A stretch of 64,000 nt of DNA, taken from the NCBI GenBank assembly GCA_965112155.1, contig OZ218106.1. One strand, given 5' to 3'. The position numbers were made by a program, and so were the translations under genes. The notes under the pieces were generated by a model. The model was not told where the DNA came from. It did no database searches and was given only the letters and a program-made list of their open reading frames with translations. Origin of the DNA: Podarcis liolepis. Taxonomy: Eukaryota. Positions within the stretch are counted from its first letter, which is position 1. Every line of letters starts with the position of its first letter. Below are positions 25,581-38,911 of the stretch, in pieces.

Positions 25581-28500
25581 TTACTTTAGGCCCCACTTGT
25601 GTATTCTAATAGGAAAAATACAGGAGTGATTATAAAGTCATAGCACAAAATAGTTGCTATAGCTAAAAGAACATCTGAAATAACAATCTGGTAACAGCAT
25701 GTAGGCAGCTTACAAATGGTGGTGGTGGTTAATTTTGCTATGTAATATAACAATATTTCAGGATCAGAGTCATGATAAATTTGAAAGGTTGGATATGGAG
25801 GTTGAAGGGAAAAGAGCTCTCTGAAACCAAGTGAAAGTTCCTCTAGTTTTAGAATGAGAAATGTCTCGATGAAACCAAATTTAGAATTTTCCATTTGCTT
25901 CTGTCTGGGCCTATGGCGAGGTATATATATAAAGCAGCCATACAGTCTGAGGTCTGGCTGTATGTATTTTCCTAGCAGTTCTTCTTTATTTTCCTGATAT
26001 GGCTTTCAAATACAAGTTAATAATTTAGCAGCCTCATGTCTGTGTTACCTGACTTAGAAGATCATCAGCCATTCACATTCTGACTGACCCTTCTGGCTGT
26101 GTTAAGTGCTGACAAAGCTCATGCTCAAAATCACCCATATTTGATAAAAGATTTAAGGGCCAAAGAACATTAGGAAGAGTGTAAGTTCTAACATGGGAAT
26201 AACTCCACTGCTAACTTGGGGATACCATGCTACATTATCCCACCTCTTCTAATTAATATTTACCATGTGCCAATAACATTCCCCACTCAGTCCATGTACC
26301 AGGAAGCAGGGGTGGGAACATGCATCATGTTAAAATGGCACAGAGCAAGTCAGAGGTCCGTGGAGGTGGGAGAGAAATTCAGCTCAGGTCACATCTAAAG
26401 GTGAGCTTACCTATTTTGCGGTTTCTGAAATAATATGCAAATCAAACCACAACCATTCTTCAAAATTTGCACTTCTCCAAATGTTGTGATGTAGTTCTCC
26501 AGTTAAGCAATTTGTACAAAAAAATTTGTATATTAAAGTGGGCATATAAATGTATATATTAGTGGAAATAGCACACAAAAATTGTTTACTATTAGGAAGA
26601 ATTGCTTTGCAGAAATATGTATATTAGGAAAAAAAATGCATATGGAAATGTGCACTGTAGGAGAATTTCAAGCAAAGATTCTGATGAACTTTCATGAGAA
26701 CGTTAAAAAAATTCACAAACTGTTGTGGAAATGTGGCAAGCTGAATTTGAGACTGAGAAATCGAGAGACACTGATTTCTAGAGGTGGAGAATACTTTTTA
26801 ACTCAAGGGCTACATTCCCTCATGGGCAACCTTCTGGGGGCCATATGCTATTGGAGAGCAAGACAGAGGAAAAGTGGGTGGAGAAACAGAGATGACTCTT
26901 ACATTTGTACAATAAATTACTTCTAGTCATGCAGAAGTGGTGGCGCTAGAAAGGCCATACAGAAGCCCCCCTCAGCAGCACTGAAACATTCTGCTGTGAA
27001 TTCATGCATCCTCCAGCTCTGTACAGGAGAAATGTTGAACCTAGGAACAGAAGCATAGTGGTACAGTGACTGAAGAATTTTGTTAAATATGGAGAAATTA
27101 GGTTGACATTCTCTCCAAAGTATGAAGCTCCCTAGGAAGCCTTGGGCAAGTCACTATGTACAGCACAGATACTGTAATGCACATTCAGCTACAGGGGTAC
27201 TGGCTTTCTGTTGCATTATGGCTACATGTTGAGTAGACTTTTACAATGCTTATGTTGCCCATAAGCAGGAACTACTAGTTTTCCTGACCTGGATATAAGT
27301 ATGCTCAGTATCTCCCAACCTGCCACTACTACTCTTTAATCAAGCATCTTGGTAGAGGATAAGACTATCAATGTTTACCAACCACTCTGACTATGTTCTA
27401 TCTCTACCTCCACAGCTGGAGGCAGTATGCCTCTGAATAATGTCTCTGTCAGAGACCATCTTACCTAAGAGTCCTGAAAGACCCACTCCCTGGTTTGCTA
27501 GCCGATTTCCAATTGGACTGGGAGAGTCAACTGACTACATGTTGTGTACTAAAACAAAGGGGGGGAAAGGAGATATGCCAAATTAAAGCATACAATAATA
27601 TTTTCTTGCAACATGAAAGCATCTTCTGTTTTTCTTTTGAGTAAGATTTCCCAATGCCTGGATTTAAATTTGGTAGGGCTTCTAGAGGAAATATTAAATA
27701 GCTTGGTGGGGGTAAAATCACTGTGGACTGGCCAGTCCTGCTGTAGGTATAAGGTGTGTCTTAGTGCAGGTGATGAATCTTTGTGATCCAGCGGGTGTCT
27801 TTCAGCTTTATGGTTTCATTATTGTATAATAAACCAGTCCTTCTCTACCAGACCCAAGAGATGAAGATCCTTTAGCAGATTTGCTGACGTGGTAGAACTG
27901 CTCTTCCATAATGATTGATTGCAGTTAACACACAGTCTGCTCCATCCCACTCAATTGTAATTAAATTAACAGCAAATGTATTTAAGGACATCTAACTTCT
28001 CTGAGATTGATAATGAAAAATTAATAAAGTATTACAGCCTTTAGTCAAAGTCTTACCTGAGGTTGTTCACACAAGGTTTCCATCGATTACCGTGGGAGCA
28101 AAACATGCCATTTCAATGATACTGTACAAAATGTAACCTTTCAACCCAAGCATGCTCTCCGGCAAAATGCGCAGACCATTTTGATTTTTAATACAATATA
28201 ATTTAGCAATCCCATCTATTTTTTTCAATTGGAAGGAGAAAATGCAGCACATGATGTTCGCAAAGCCACAGAGTGTCTTTTGTTCTGGAACCAGACAGAA
28301 TAATTACATAATGTTGTATCTATTAGGATTTAGAGAACATTTTGTAAATTTCAAGTGCAGATCAAGTGCATCTGTCCCAACAGATATGCCACATGAGGAT
28401 ACAGAACTTGCCTCACCTCCCTGAGTTTTGCTGGTGACATTCTTTACTCTTCTTCACAATGGAGGTCATGTTTACATGTTTGCGTATGTGCAAACAATGT

Positions 28501-29224
28501 GCAATTACTCTCAAGTAGTGTTCTGGTCCATGTTTCCTCACATGGGCTTCACACAACCAGAAACCCATGGCCCTTCCAGATATTTTTGGCTGTGCTGGGA
28601 CTGATAGGAGCTGGTGTCCAGCAATAGCTGGAGGGACCCACACCTGGTCCGATGGCTTGAAAATAACAGGAAACTATGGTTTATCTGAAGCTGGTTTGTT
28701 GTTAGATCTGAATTGACGAGTGTTTTCAACCTTTTCTCAGGAGCATAATTTTCCTACATATGAATTGTAGTTGTCTTTTGAAATAGAATATGCTTAGAAA
28801 TATGCATTTTGAGAGAATCTACATACTTAAATGTGAATTTTCATGCAGATAAAAATGTATGGAAATGGTAGGGGAATGACTTAGGAGTGAAGAAGTGTGG
28901 AAATGAATTGGAGCAGAAATTCACTCATTGATCAAACTCTAGTTCCAAGCTTTGAAACTTTGGGAAACACCAAGTGACCTGAAACTTCAGTGGTTAACTC
29001 AGTGATTTTTAAATGGTCTCGGTTGAGGGAACCATTTGCATATCAACGTATCCCCTGACAGGCCTTCAGGGTCTACCAAGAAGACCCTGCATGCTGAAGA
29101 GAATGTCGGCAAGGGTTCTGATAAAGCACACGCAGTTTATGTAGGTGGGTGGCCAAGCTCCAGGGTCATACCATTGCTCCTTGCACTGAGACCAAATCCT
29201 AATGCATGCCCTGTGATTCTATAG

Positions 29225-29431
29225 CAAGGGTTCCTAACTTGTGGTCCACGGGTCCATGGATGAGCTTCAGGGAGTCTGTTACGCAGGCAAGAAAAATATG
29301 ATTTCCCCGACACAATAAAATAAATTGTGCTCGAAATTTTTGTGTTTTTGTGTATTCTTGGGGCGGTGGTCCATAGCTTTCACTAAAGTCTGAAAGGGGT
29401 CTGTGACCCCAAAGAAGTTTAAGAACCATTG
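29225..29431. mobile_element. hAT-Charlie-like MITE
   Basis: CAAGGGTTCCTAACTT / AAGTTTAAGAACCATTG ends; degenerate 8-bp TSD TTCTATAG / CTCTAGAG. Confidence 0.62.
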
Positions 29432-30906
29432 CTCTAGAGCAACCTCTGTTTTGGGCTTCCAAGAGGTATTGGGTTGGCCACTGTGGGAAGCCAGATTCTA
29501 GACTTGGTCTGATTGAGCTAGGTCCTTATGGCTGCACATGGCTGCAGGGATAGTCAATGAGGTATTCTCCAGATACTGTTGGACTTGAACTCCCATCATC
29601 CCTGGCTGGGGCTGATGGAAATTGGAGTTCAACATGAAGGCCACCATGTTGGCTACCCCTGTTTAAGAGGATGATGGTAATGAGGGGACAAGTCTCATTT
29701 CAGTGAGGCTTGCCTACCATTTCTGAACCATTTCACTGTGGGATTCCTGATAAGCTTCCAAGGAATATTGGAGTACCCCAGACCACCTGCCTAGCTGATA
29801 AAGAAGAAAGGCAGGCAATAGTGGTTTCTTAACTTCTGCCCTGGAATATAGATCTTCCTATATTAAGGTGCTTATGGAGTTTTGCATCAGATAGACATTT
29901 CCTCTCATTCCACAGTTCCATTGTAGTATAGATAGAACAAAATTTTGGCTTCCTTACAAACTCTTAAAAATCCCAAATCTCAACACTTGTATATTTTTCT
30001 CCAGTTCCTTGTTTGTATTGCAGTTTCTCCAGTGCAGGTGCAATTAATTTATGATGGCTATCATTATCCCCTGAACTGCAGCAGAACTTCTCCCACTCCC
30101 ACTCGTTCTTGTTGCGTGTGACATTTTAGTCTCATGAGCAAGCCTTGTAATAATGCTGCCGGCTTCCAGCTCATCAGATAGGATTTTTATTCCTTTCAAA
30201 TTGTGAAACAAAGATAGCTGGGAAAACAGTAATAGACACCAGTGAGAGAAATAAGATGTTTTCATCCAGTTGATGTTTCAGTAAACCGAGAAAAAAGGAT
30301 CTTTTGAACAAACTGTCACTGCTGAGTACTCGTGATAGTCATCAAAATCATCATTAGACGCTTTCAAAGAGTAATTAGGTATATAGTGGAAATAGAATAT
30401 TCTACAGCTTATTATTATTTCAGTATCAAAATGTGTGTCATTGTGTTGGGTTGGGTATGTGTAGAGGGAGGGCTGGCATGTTGATGTGGCCACTGGACAA
30501 TGCACAGCACATTGAATTAATAAATCTGGGATGGGGACGTGGCTGTGGTTCCCTCAGATATTGGATTCTAATGCCCATCTCCCACTGTCAAAGGTAAAGC
30601 ACAGGTAGAGCATGGCGGATGAGAAAAGTATCCATAGATTAAAAACCAATTCTGGTCAACAGAACAGTACGTTTCTCCAAAGATAAGCCAGCACCAATTC
30701 CTTAGTCTCCCCACCAGGTAATCTGCTTCTTTTCTGCAGGCTTCATTAGTTTTCTGCAAACTGTTTTTCCATCTCCCATGGAGGTAAGACATGTGTTGGA
30801 TAGAGAAGGAGTGCCCACCTAAGAAACACCTTATTGCCATTACAGTCCGTTGAGAAAATACCACTTGACCGTCAGAGAGTATTAGCAGGCAAGTAAGTAT
30901 ACAAAA

Positions 30907-31260
30907 GGGACACGGGTGGCGCTATGGGTTAAACCACAGAGCCTAGGACTTGCTGATCAGAAGGTCGGCAGTTCGAATCCCCGTGACGGGGTGAGCTCCC
31001 GTTGCTGGGTCCCTGCTCCTGCCAACCTAGTAGTTCGAAAGCACATCAAAGTGCAAGTAGATAAATAGGTACCGCTTTGGAGGGAAGGTAAACGGTGTTT
31101 CCGTGCGCTGCTCTGCTTCACCAGATGTGGCTTAGTCATGCTGGCCACATGACCCGGAAGCTGTACGCCGGCTCCCTCGGCTAATAAAGCGAGATGAGCG
31201 CCGCAACCCCAGAGTCGGTCATGACTGGACCTAATGGTCAGGGGTCCCTTTGCCCTTTAC
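30907..31260 (+). mobile_element. Full-length Sauria SINE
   Basis: GGGACACGGGTGGCGCT head, GTTCGAATCCC box B, GTGCAAGTAGATAAATAGGTACC core, GGGGTCCCTTTGCCCTTTAC tail; TSD TATACAAAA at 30898 and 31265. Confidence 0.93.
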
Positions 31261-32112
31261 TAACTATACAAAAGTTGGTCACTTAAGAGTCATTCCAGTA
31301 CTATGCAGGGATGGAAGAATTCACTAATCTGCCCTATTTCCCTCTCTCCCTCCCTCTCTCTTTGTGTATATTTAGGAGGCAATGAGCTTTCAGTCCTGAT
31401 GTTCTGTGAGACAAGGCTCGGACTACACAAAGAGCAGGCCACCTGGCATGTTGTTCCCATACTGGCCAACCGTAAGTGGGCAAATGGCCTGCCAGAACAT
31501 GCCTCCACAAGAAGTATTTTTATAGATGTAGAAAACTAATTGATGGGGGGCGGGGAGAGAGTTTCTCGCCTACACCTGTACATAACCTCTTGGATACAGG
31601 CATATACAAATACTGTCTCTGCAGCGAGAGCTGACCATGGGGTTAGACCAGCCACATTTCAGAATATAGGGGAAAGGGTCGCAGTATTATAGGCTATTAA
31701 AAGCAAACACTATCTGTGTAAAATTAAATATTAAATATTAAACTGTGTGGGTTGCTTGGCTTACACACATACCCAAGCAGTAAAACGTAGAAAGCTGCCT
31801 TATGCTATTGCTTCGATATATTTGGTTTTAAAGGATTGTCAAGCTGGGTTTTTTTATTTTATGGATTTGTAAGCCCACATTGAGATGTTTTCTTATGGAA
31901 AGTGACGAATAAAGACAATAAATAAGAGTCATATACCAATTTAGACCAGGGGTCCATCTAGCTAGTAGCTGTCTACTCAGACTGGTAGTAGCTGTCCAGG
32001 TTTTCAGACAGGGGACATTCCCAGCCAGGGATTGGACCTGTCACCTTCTGCACTGTGATGCAGGTGCTCTGAGCTATGGACCTTTCCTGAAAAAATATGT
32101 GGCAAAGTGTAG

Positions 32113-32690
32113 CTAGTATAGTGTAGTAGTCAGAGCATGGGACTAAGACCTGGGAGACCAGGGTTCAAATCCCCACTCACCCATGACTCACTGGGTGATC
32201 TTGGGCCAGTGACTATCTCATAGCCTAACAGGCCCTCACAGGGTTGTCTTGAGAATAAGGTAAAGGTAAAGGGACCCCTGACCATTAGGTCCAGTCGTGA
32301 CCGACTCTGGGGTTGCGGCACTCATCTCGCTTTATTGGCTGAGGGAGCCGGCGTACAGCTTCCAGGTCATGTGGCCAGCATGACTAAACTGCTTCTGGCG
32401 AACCAGAGCAGCACACGGAAATGCTGTTTACCTTCCCGCCGGAGTGGTACCTATTTATCTACTTGCACTTTGTTGATGTGCTTTTGAGCTGTTAGGTTGG
32501 CAGGAGCAGAGACCGAGCAACGGGAGCTCACCCCGTCGCGGGGATTTGAACCGCCGACCTTCTGATCAGCAAGTCCTAGGCTCTGTGGTTTAACCCACAG
32601 CGCCATCCGCGTCCCTGAGAATAAGGTGGGGAGAAGCAAAACAATGTATTCCACCCGGAGCTCCTTGGAGGAAAAGGGGGGATATAACTA
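32113..32690 (+). mobile_element. Squam3-like SINE interrupted by a Sauria SINE
   Basis: Head (GGGTTCAAATCCCCACTC) at ~32113-32250; body resumes after 32616 (GAGCTCCTTGGAGGAAAAGGGGGGATATAA). Confidence 0.75.
32262..32615 (-). mobile_element. Full-length Sauria SINE (nested)
   Basis: Reverse complement of the 30907 copy; TSD TGAGAATAAGGT at 32250-32261 and 32616-32627. Confidence 0.93.
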
Positions 32691-33525
32691 TAACAAACAA
32701 CTAAACAGCATAATAAATAAATAAACAGAAGTAAGTGAAACGTAAGCTTTAAAAATGCCTCACTAGTAGCAGAAGCCAGATAAAACTTTGAGGAGTGCCT
32801 TTCTTTGCAGTAGCTCAGCAAGCTGCAGAGCTTGTGCTTTCTTCTTAGTTCTCCACCCTCTCTCCCTCCAACTCATCCTGCCTCTAGTAAGTATCCTTTG
32901 GAATCTAGGGAACAAACCTCCCCTTTTATTTTCTGGGTGGCTGCTTGAAAGGTGTACAAATCTGGCAGCCGGAGTCATCTCAGTTTTTCACTACAGGTGC
33001 TGGAACATCTAAGGCTGCCACAGCGTTTGGTTATGTGTGTACGAAAAGTAATAACGGGCAGAATGAAGAGAAATATCTTCAGTGTCTATGAACTGAGCCA
33101 CAGTTGCCTGTGCTGCGCCGCCTCACTGGAAAAGCAGTCCCAAAGGCTGATTTCCATTGCTGGTTTGCCTATGGCCAAAATCAAAGCAACTTCGAGAAGA
33201 GAACGTGTGCCAGTTGCTCCCCTGAGGTCATAGTTGTTGTTCTCTGTTTATAGCCAGAAGGTCTCAGCAGAATGTGCTGCAGTCTGGGGAGCAATTTGTT
33301 TATTCCACAAGAATGTGTGAGTTTGTGCTCATTTAGCTGGGTTTTTTTTTTTAAATGAAAACTAACACTCCTACTACACATGCTAATTTCAAGCAGAGTA
33401 AATGCAGATAGACACCAAGGTAGGTCAATTCAGAAGAGACAATCATTTACCTATGCTAGGTAGAGCGACGTTATAGCAAAGCTCCTGGGCAATGTATATT
33501 GTGAAGTAATAATAATAATAATTTA

Positions 33526-33786
33526 CAGTGGACGCTTGGGTTGCGAATGTGATCCGTGTGGGAGGCACGTTCGCAACCCACAGCATTCACAACCCACAGC
33601 GCCGCGTCTGCGCATGCGCAGGTCAAGATTCAGCGCTTCTGCGCACGCGCAAAGTGCAATTTAGTGCTTCTGCACATGCAAAAGCGCCGAAACCCGGAAG
33701 TAACCCATTCCGGTACTTCTGGGTTCAGCGCGGGGCACAACCCGAAAACACGCAACCTGAAGAGTCTGTAACCTGACGTATGACTG
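33526..33786 (+). mobile_element. Tc1/mariner-type MITE, family B
   Basis: TA|CAGTGGACGCTTGGGTTGCG...TGACTG|TA; inserted into a (TAA)n retroposon tail. Confidence 0.85.
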
Positions 33787-33941
33787 TATTATTTATACCC
33801 CGCCCATCTGGCTGGGTTTCCCCAGCCAATTTGGGCGGCTCCCAACAGAATATTAATAATAATAATTAAAAAGTGATAAAACATCAAACATAAAAAATTC
33901 CCTAAAGGCCTTCAGATGCCTTCTAAAATTCAGATCATATA

Positions 33942-34110
33942 CCGTATTTTTTGCACCATAACACTCACTTTTTTCCTCCTAGAAAGTAAGGGGAAATGTC
34001 TGTGCGTGTTATGGAGGGAATGCCTACGGGTGGCATGCCTACAGATTTTCCTCCTCTAAAAACTACGTGCGTGTTATGGTCGGGTGCGTGTTATAGAGCG
34101 AAAAATACGG
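33942..34110. mobile_element. Tc2/pogo-like MITE, family C
   Basis: TA|CCGTATTTTTTGCACCATAACAC ... GTGTTATAGAGCGAAAAATACGG|TA terminal inverted repeats with TA TSD. Confidence 0.85.
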
Positions 34111-35385
34111 TACATTGCGAGGTGGATTTTTTTCAAAGGATCAAAATTAAGAGATTTCAGGATATATATATAGATTTTCTGAAAAATGTGTTTTACCATG
34201 TTTCTATGCTACTATGTTACTCTATACCACTTTTGGGCCAACAAGGGGGGGCACCAAGATGACCCATAAAGAATCAACACGCATATACAAATAACAATAA
34301 AAATGATAAAAAGTCAAAACTAAATCAAAAATATTAAAAACCCAAATATTTCATTTCTGGATTTTGGATTCTGTTTGGACTTCGGCTTACTCTCTGTGCT
34401 TGACCTTCGTTTGTTTGGACTGTGCTTCACCTGCAACCTCTCCTTATTAGCAAGTACGAGGCTTAGATCTCCTGTAACTGAGATCCTAGTCCCCCTAGGC
34501 ATCCCCTGGAGCATGACAATTGATCAAAAAGTGCAAATCCTTTGAGGAATTGACTAGGTGTGTAAATCTATATTTTAAAGTGGATGGAGGAAATACAGAA
34601 GTTAGGTCAATTGCTCATATATTAAGGTGGCAAAAGGGTTTGATTCCCCTCTGCTGTGTGAGCATACAAAAATGTTGTAGTTGGTCTTCTATATTCCCTT
34701 CCAGAATAGCTACCATGAACAAAATGGCCTCTGTAAGTAGGTGAAATTGACAATTCTAAAAATACCTCTTTTGCAAGAATTAAAATTGACTCACTCTTCC
34801 CCTCTTCAGTCTTTGAATTAATGCTATTAATGAAATACCCAATCAAAACACTTATTAAATTGTCAACTTCCCATTAAAATTTCAACAATAATTTCATAAA
34901 AAGTTAAATATCACAAAAATGTACTAAAGGAAAAACTTTCAATGAACTTGGCATATGACAGCAACAAAAATATATTCTTATCAAGCTCTCTCCTGGTGTG
35001 CTACCACGGTTGATTAATATGTGTCTTATATGGAACTCTTTCACATTTTGAAACGGTAGTTCTTTAGCTTCTGGGCTAGTGAATTGCTAGTCTTAATTTA
35101 TTTGAACCATTATCTGAAAGTAAGGTTCATCAATTTAAGTTGATCCACACTGGCAAGAACACTTGGGGCTGGTTTACACAAGAGCTTGCAACTGAGTACC
35201 ATGACTCCAGGGGCTAGATCCCTATCTTCAAAGGATGTGACCATGGATTTTTGGATTGGGAGTTACCTGCTCCTGGATATTCCTATTGCACTGGAAGCTC
35301 CACTGCAAAAGAAGCCCATTTTGTTAGCTCCTCTCCATCCTGAGTATTTAAGGATGATTGTTGCTTAAGCAACATTTCAGTCTTG

Positions 35386-35637
35386 CAAGGGTCAGCAAAC
35401 TTTTCCAGCAGGGGGCCAGTCCATTGTCCCTCCGGTCCACTGTGGGGGGCCGGACTATATTTTGAAAGAAAGAAAAAATGAACAAATTCCTATGCCCCAC
35501 ATATAACCCAGAGATGCATTTTAAATAAAAGGACACATTCTACTAAAAACACGCTGATTCCCAGACCACCCGTGGGCCGGATTTAGAAGGTGATTGGGCC
35601 AGATCCGGCCCCCCAGGCCTAGGTTTGCCTACCCATG
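35386..35637. mobile_element. hAT-Charlie-like MITE
   Basis: CAAGGGTCAGCAAACTT / AGGTTTGCCTACCCATG ends with internal GGGCCGGA/TCCGGCCC motifs; TSD not clear. Confidence 0.68.
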
Positions 35638-36516
35638 GTTTTGAGACTAGTATGAATTCCCTTTGGAGCTGTCCAAGGTGCTATCCATACTGAACCTCTT
35701 ACCTTCTTTACTTTCTTTACTAAACTAATGGAATGCCTGCACTAATGAGGCTTGCCTGATACCTATATTGCAATCTTTTATTTACCCAGGCATTTTAAAA
35801 ATGTTCTTATATTATTATTTGCATATTTATCCAATTCAAGGTGAAGGCTTAAAGTCCTAAATGACCTTCTACCCAGATACATAATATCAGCACATCTACC
35901 TATATCATCCTGCTTGTATCTTTACATCTGTGGTCGAGGCTCTTCCTAAAAGTACCATCTACTCCTAATGTGTCAATGAGGGAGTCTTCTCCCTCATATT
36001 GTCCCAGTTTTGGAACATCCTCCTCGGTGGTGTGCAACTGGTGCCAGCTTCATTAACTTTTTGGCTCCAAAAACGTTTTATATTTGCTCAGGATTTTGTT
36101 TGTTTACCAGTATGTTCTGTTCTGTTCCTGCTGCCTTCTTAAAGTTGTATGTCTGCTATAGCTTTTATATTTTAAGGTTGTATTCTATAGTTGCATGACT
36201 ATGTTTGATTCTTCTTTGGACAGCAACCAGATATATAATTGATGAAAGCTGATTTGAAAACAAATTGAATAACTATATTGATATGGACATGGTGGACACA
36301 TTTTATTTCATTGTTGTTGTTCAAAAACCCTAAAGTGGGTGAAAATTATCAAAGGCAAAATGGACTGGGTTCCCCTACCTAAAGGTTAGGGAACAAGCTG
36401 CACATGTTACCAGTCCTGTCTTTATCTGGCTATTACAGGTGACTTAGCTCTGTCCTCCTTTGTAACTCATCACCCTAGAAAATATTGCACATCACCATGC
36501 AGTGAAATCAGATGTT

Positions 36517-36549
<33 letters not shown>

Positions 36550-36587
36550 AAGAGGGAGGGAGGGAGGGAGGTGTGTGTGTGTGTGTG
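36517..36587. repeat. Compound (TG)n(AG)n(GGGA)n(TG)n microsatellite
   Basis: Direct observation. Confidence 0.9.
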
Positions 36588-37585
36588 TTTATGTCTATAT
36601 GATTGCTTCTGTGCTCTTGCTGCATAAGTGCAGATAAAGAACATGTAGTGATATAGGCTTGTAGTTCAGCATGGGGTTGTCAGCTGTTACACATAAAAGT
36701 CTAATCTGAATCAGCTGCTCATAAGAAAAACAAATCTACATTCTGTCACAATGAAGGAAAGGTTAGTTTTGGGTGTGACTGTACTTTTCCACAGTAACAA
36801 GCAAGGATTAGCACACCTGATTTTACTGCACGGTGATGCAGTAAAAACAAACAAAAACCCCTCCTTAATTGCAGTGAAATCTGTTTCTTTTTGGGAAACA
36901 CAACACCTTGAAAATGAAGGGAAATTAAAGGGAAATGTTGGAGAAAATATTACTTGGATTATGTTTGCATCTTGAAACTGGTGCTCTCATGGAACGGTCT
37001 TGTTCTGAGTCCATCGGATCAGCCACCATGCAAGCTTTTTGTAGGTTTCAATATAAATTCTTAAAGCAAACTAACAGAATGCGTACATTTAGGGCAAAAC
37101 TACATGATGTGAGAAAAACAGACCTGCTCCTAAGATGTGTTGGGTTGTCCCCCTTCTGCCCGACAACGTATAATAAAAGTTGGCCTGATGCCATTGTTCC
37201 ATTCCTTATGGCTCAGTTCACATTTAGAGTACCATGTTCAGCTCCAGGTTTCTGAAAGATGGTGACCAAATTGAGAGTGTCCAGAGGTGAGGAGCCAAGA
37301 TGCTGAGAGGTATTTAGACTAAAATCAAGTGCAGTATTTAAAGTGCAATCAAGGTAGGCAGTGGGGTGTGATACAGCACAATGGAGCGACCTCTACTCTA
37401 CTCTGGCAGCCCCAATGCTCAAAGCAGCTGGAAGGTGGAAGAGTCAGGCAAATTGCCATGCCAGCCTGGAGCCTCAAATCAAGTCTGATGTTGTCAAATG
37501 ATGGAATTGATCCAAGGCCACTTTAGCTCATCCCTGCTCCCACACTGTCCTATTTTGAGGCTTTCTGCAGGCTACCACAGGTGTG

Positions 37586-37811
37586 CAGTGGTACCTTGGG
37601 TTACAAACACCTCGGGTTACAAACACTTTGGGTTACAGACTCCGCTAACCTGGAAGTAGTACCTCGGGTTAAGAACTTTGCCCCAGGATTAGAACAGAAA
37701 TCGTGCGGCAGTGTGGCGGCAGCAGGAGGCCCTATTAGCTAAAGTGGTACCTCAGGTTAAGAACGGTTTCAGGTTAAGAAAGAATTAAGTTCGTAACCAA
37801 AGGTACCACTG
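37586..37811 (+). mobile_element. Tc1/mariner MITE, family A
   Basis: CAGTGGTACCTTGGGTTAC ... GTAACCAAAGGTACCACTG|TA; left flank TG instead of TA. Confidence 0.87.
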
Positions 37812-37954
37812 TACTTCCATCAACCCACATACCTGTGAAGTAGCAGAGGAGTCACTCCAGGAGTGTCAGCTGGCGGGGCTAGGTGGTAACACAACTTCAT
37901 TCAATCTCCCCACCACACATCTAATGGGATTTGGGTTGCAACCAAAGTCCTATA

Positions 37955-38310
37955 TGGACTGGGTATGTTTAACCTGGAGATGAAAGTGGTCTTTAAATAT
38001 CTAAAAGACTATCATGCCAAAGATGGAGCAGGCTTGTTGCCTGTTGTTCTAGTGCCCAACTAGAATCAATGGTGGATAATGGCAGGGAAGCAGACTGTAG
38101 TTAAATGTTAGGAAAGACTAGCTAATGGTAAGAGCTGTTCAACAGTGAAATAGACTCCTGAGGTGGCAAACTCTCTTTCTCTGGGGATGTTTAAGCAAAG
38201 ACTAATTCATCATTGGTTGCAGACACTGTAGTTACACCCTTGTTACAGATCATGCATTGACAGAGATTTGGAGTAGATGACCTTCCAGGTCCTTCCAGAT
38301 TCTATGTTCT
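37955..38310 (+). mobile_element. Old CR1 3' fragment (upstream piece at ~37215-37320)
   Basis: GGGTATGTTTAACCTGGAGA...TTTAAATATCTAAAAG...GTAAGAGCTGTTCAACAGTG...TAGATGACCTTCCAGGTCCTTCCA...TTCTATG. Confidence 0.72.
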
Positions 38311-38600
38311 ACAACTCATTCAAATACAGATTGCAACCATAAAATAGAAAAATCCTAAGATACAATCAAACAACTTCAAAAGGCAGTAGGAATGCGAATA
38401 CCTCAGTTCTGAAAGTTTTTAGGCAGCTGTGGTTTAATGTAGCTCCATTCAGGGACGTGCCAGACTGAAATGTTAATGAGAATATTTGTAGTCTATGATG
38501 GAAGAAGTTGCATTGCGGTTCGAGGACCCGACCCCCGTGTGGTGAAATAAAGACACAAGGACACGTGATATATGGTTAATGGGCAAGAAAAGGCCACAAC

Positions 38601-38606
38601 TTTATT
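38601..38606 (-). terminator. Polyadenylation signal AATAAA of the element
   Basis: CCAATAAAGTTGTGGCC followed ~45 nt later by GT/T-rich GTGTCCTTGTGTCTTTATTT; a second AATAAA at 38658-38663 lies inside the structured domain. Confidence 0.6.
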
Positions 38607-38911
38607 GGTTACAGCAATGAAAAGGTATTGGCTTAGGCATTGGATCGAAGCAAGTGGTTTATTCACCAGTAGGTGGAGCCTGTCGATGCTAATCCGACTC
38701 TAGGCTCACCCCTGTTGTCACCGAGGGTCGTGCCAAGGCCTCCCGCCAAGCAGGCATCGGACGGAATACACGACCCCCAGATTCCTTTAACGGAATACCC
38801 CTAAAACATTGAAGGCATAGGCGATGGCCAAACCTAGCACTTCGACACACCACAACACATTATTCCAATGCCTAACCGCCACCCGAGCCAAAAGGCTCGC
38901 CGCCAATACCC

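Noticed and set aside
38624-38910. Hammerhead ribozyme in the structured 3' domain
   Set aside because: No CUGANGA core on either strand.
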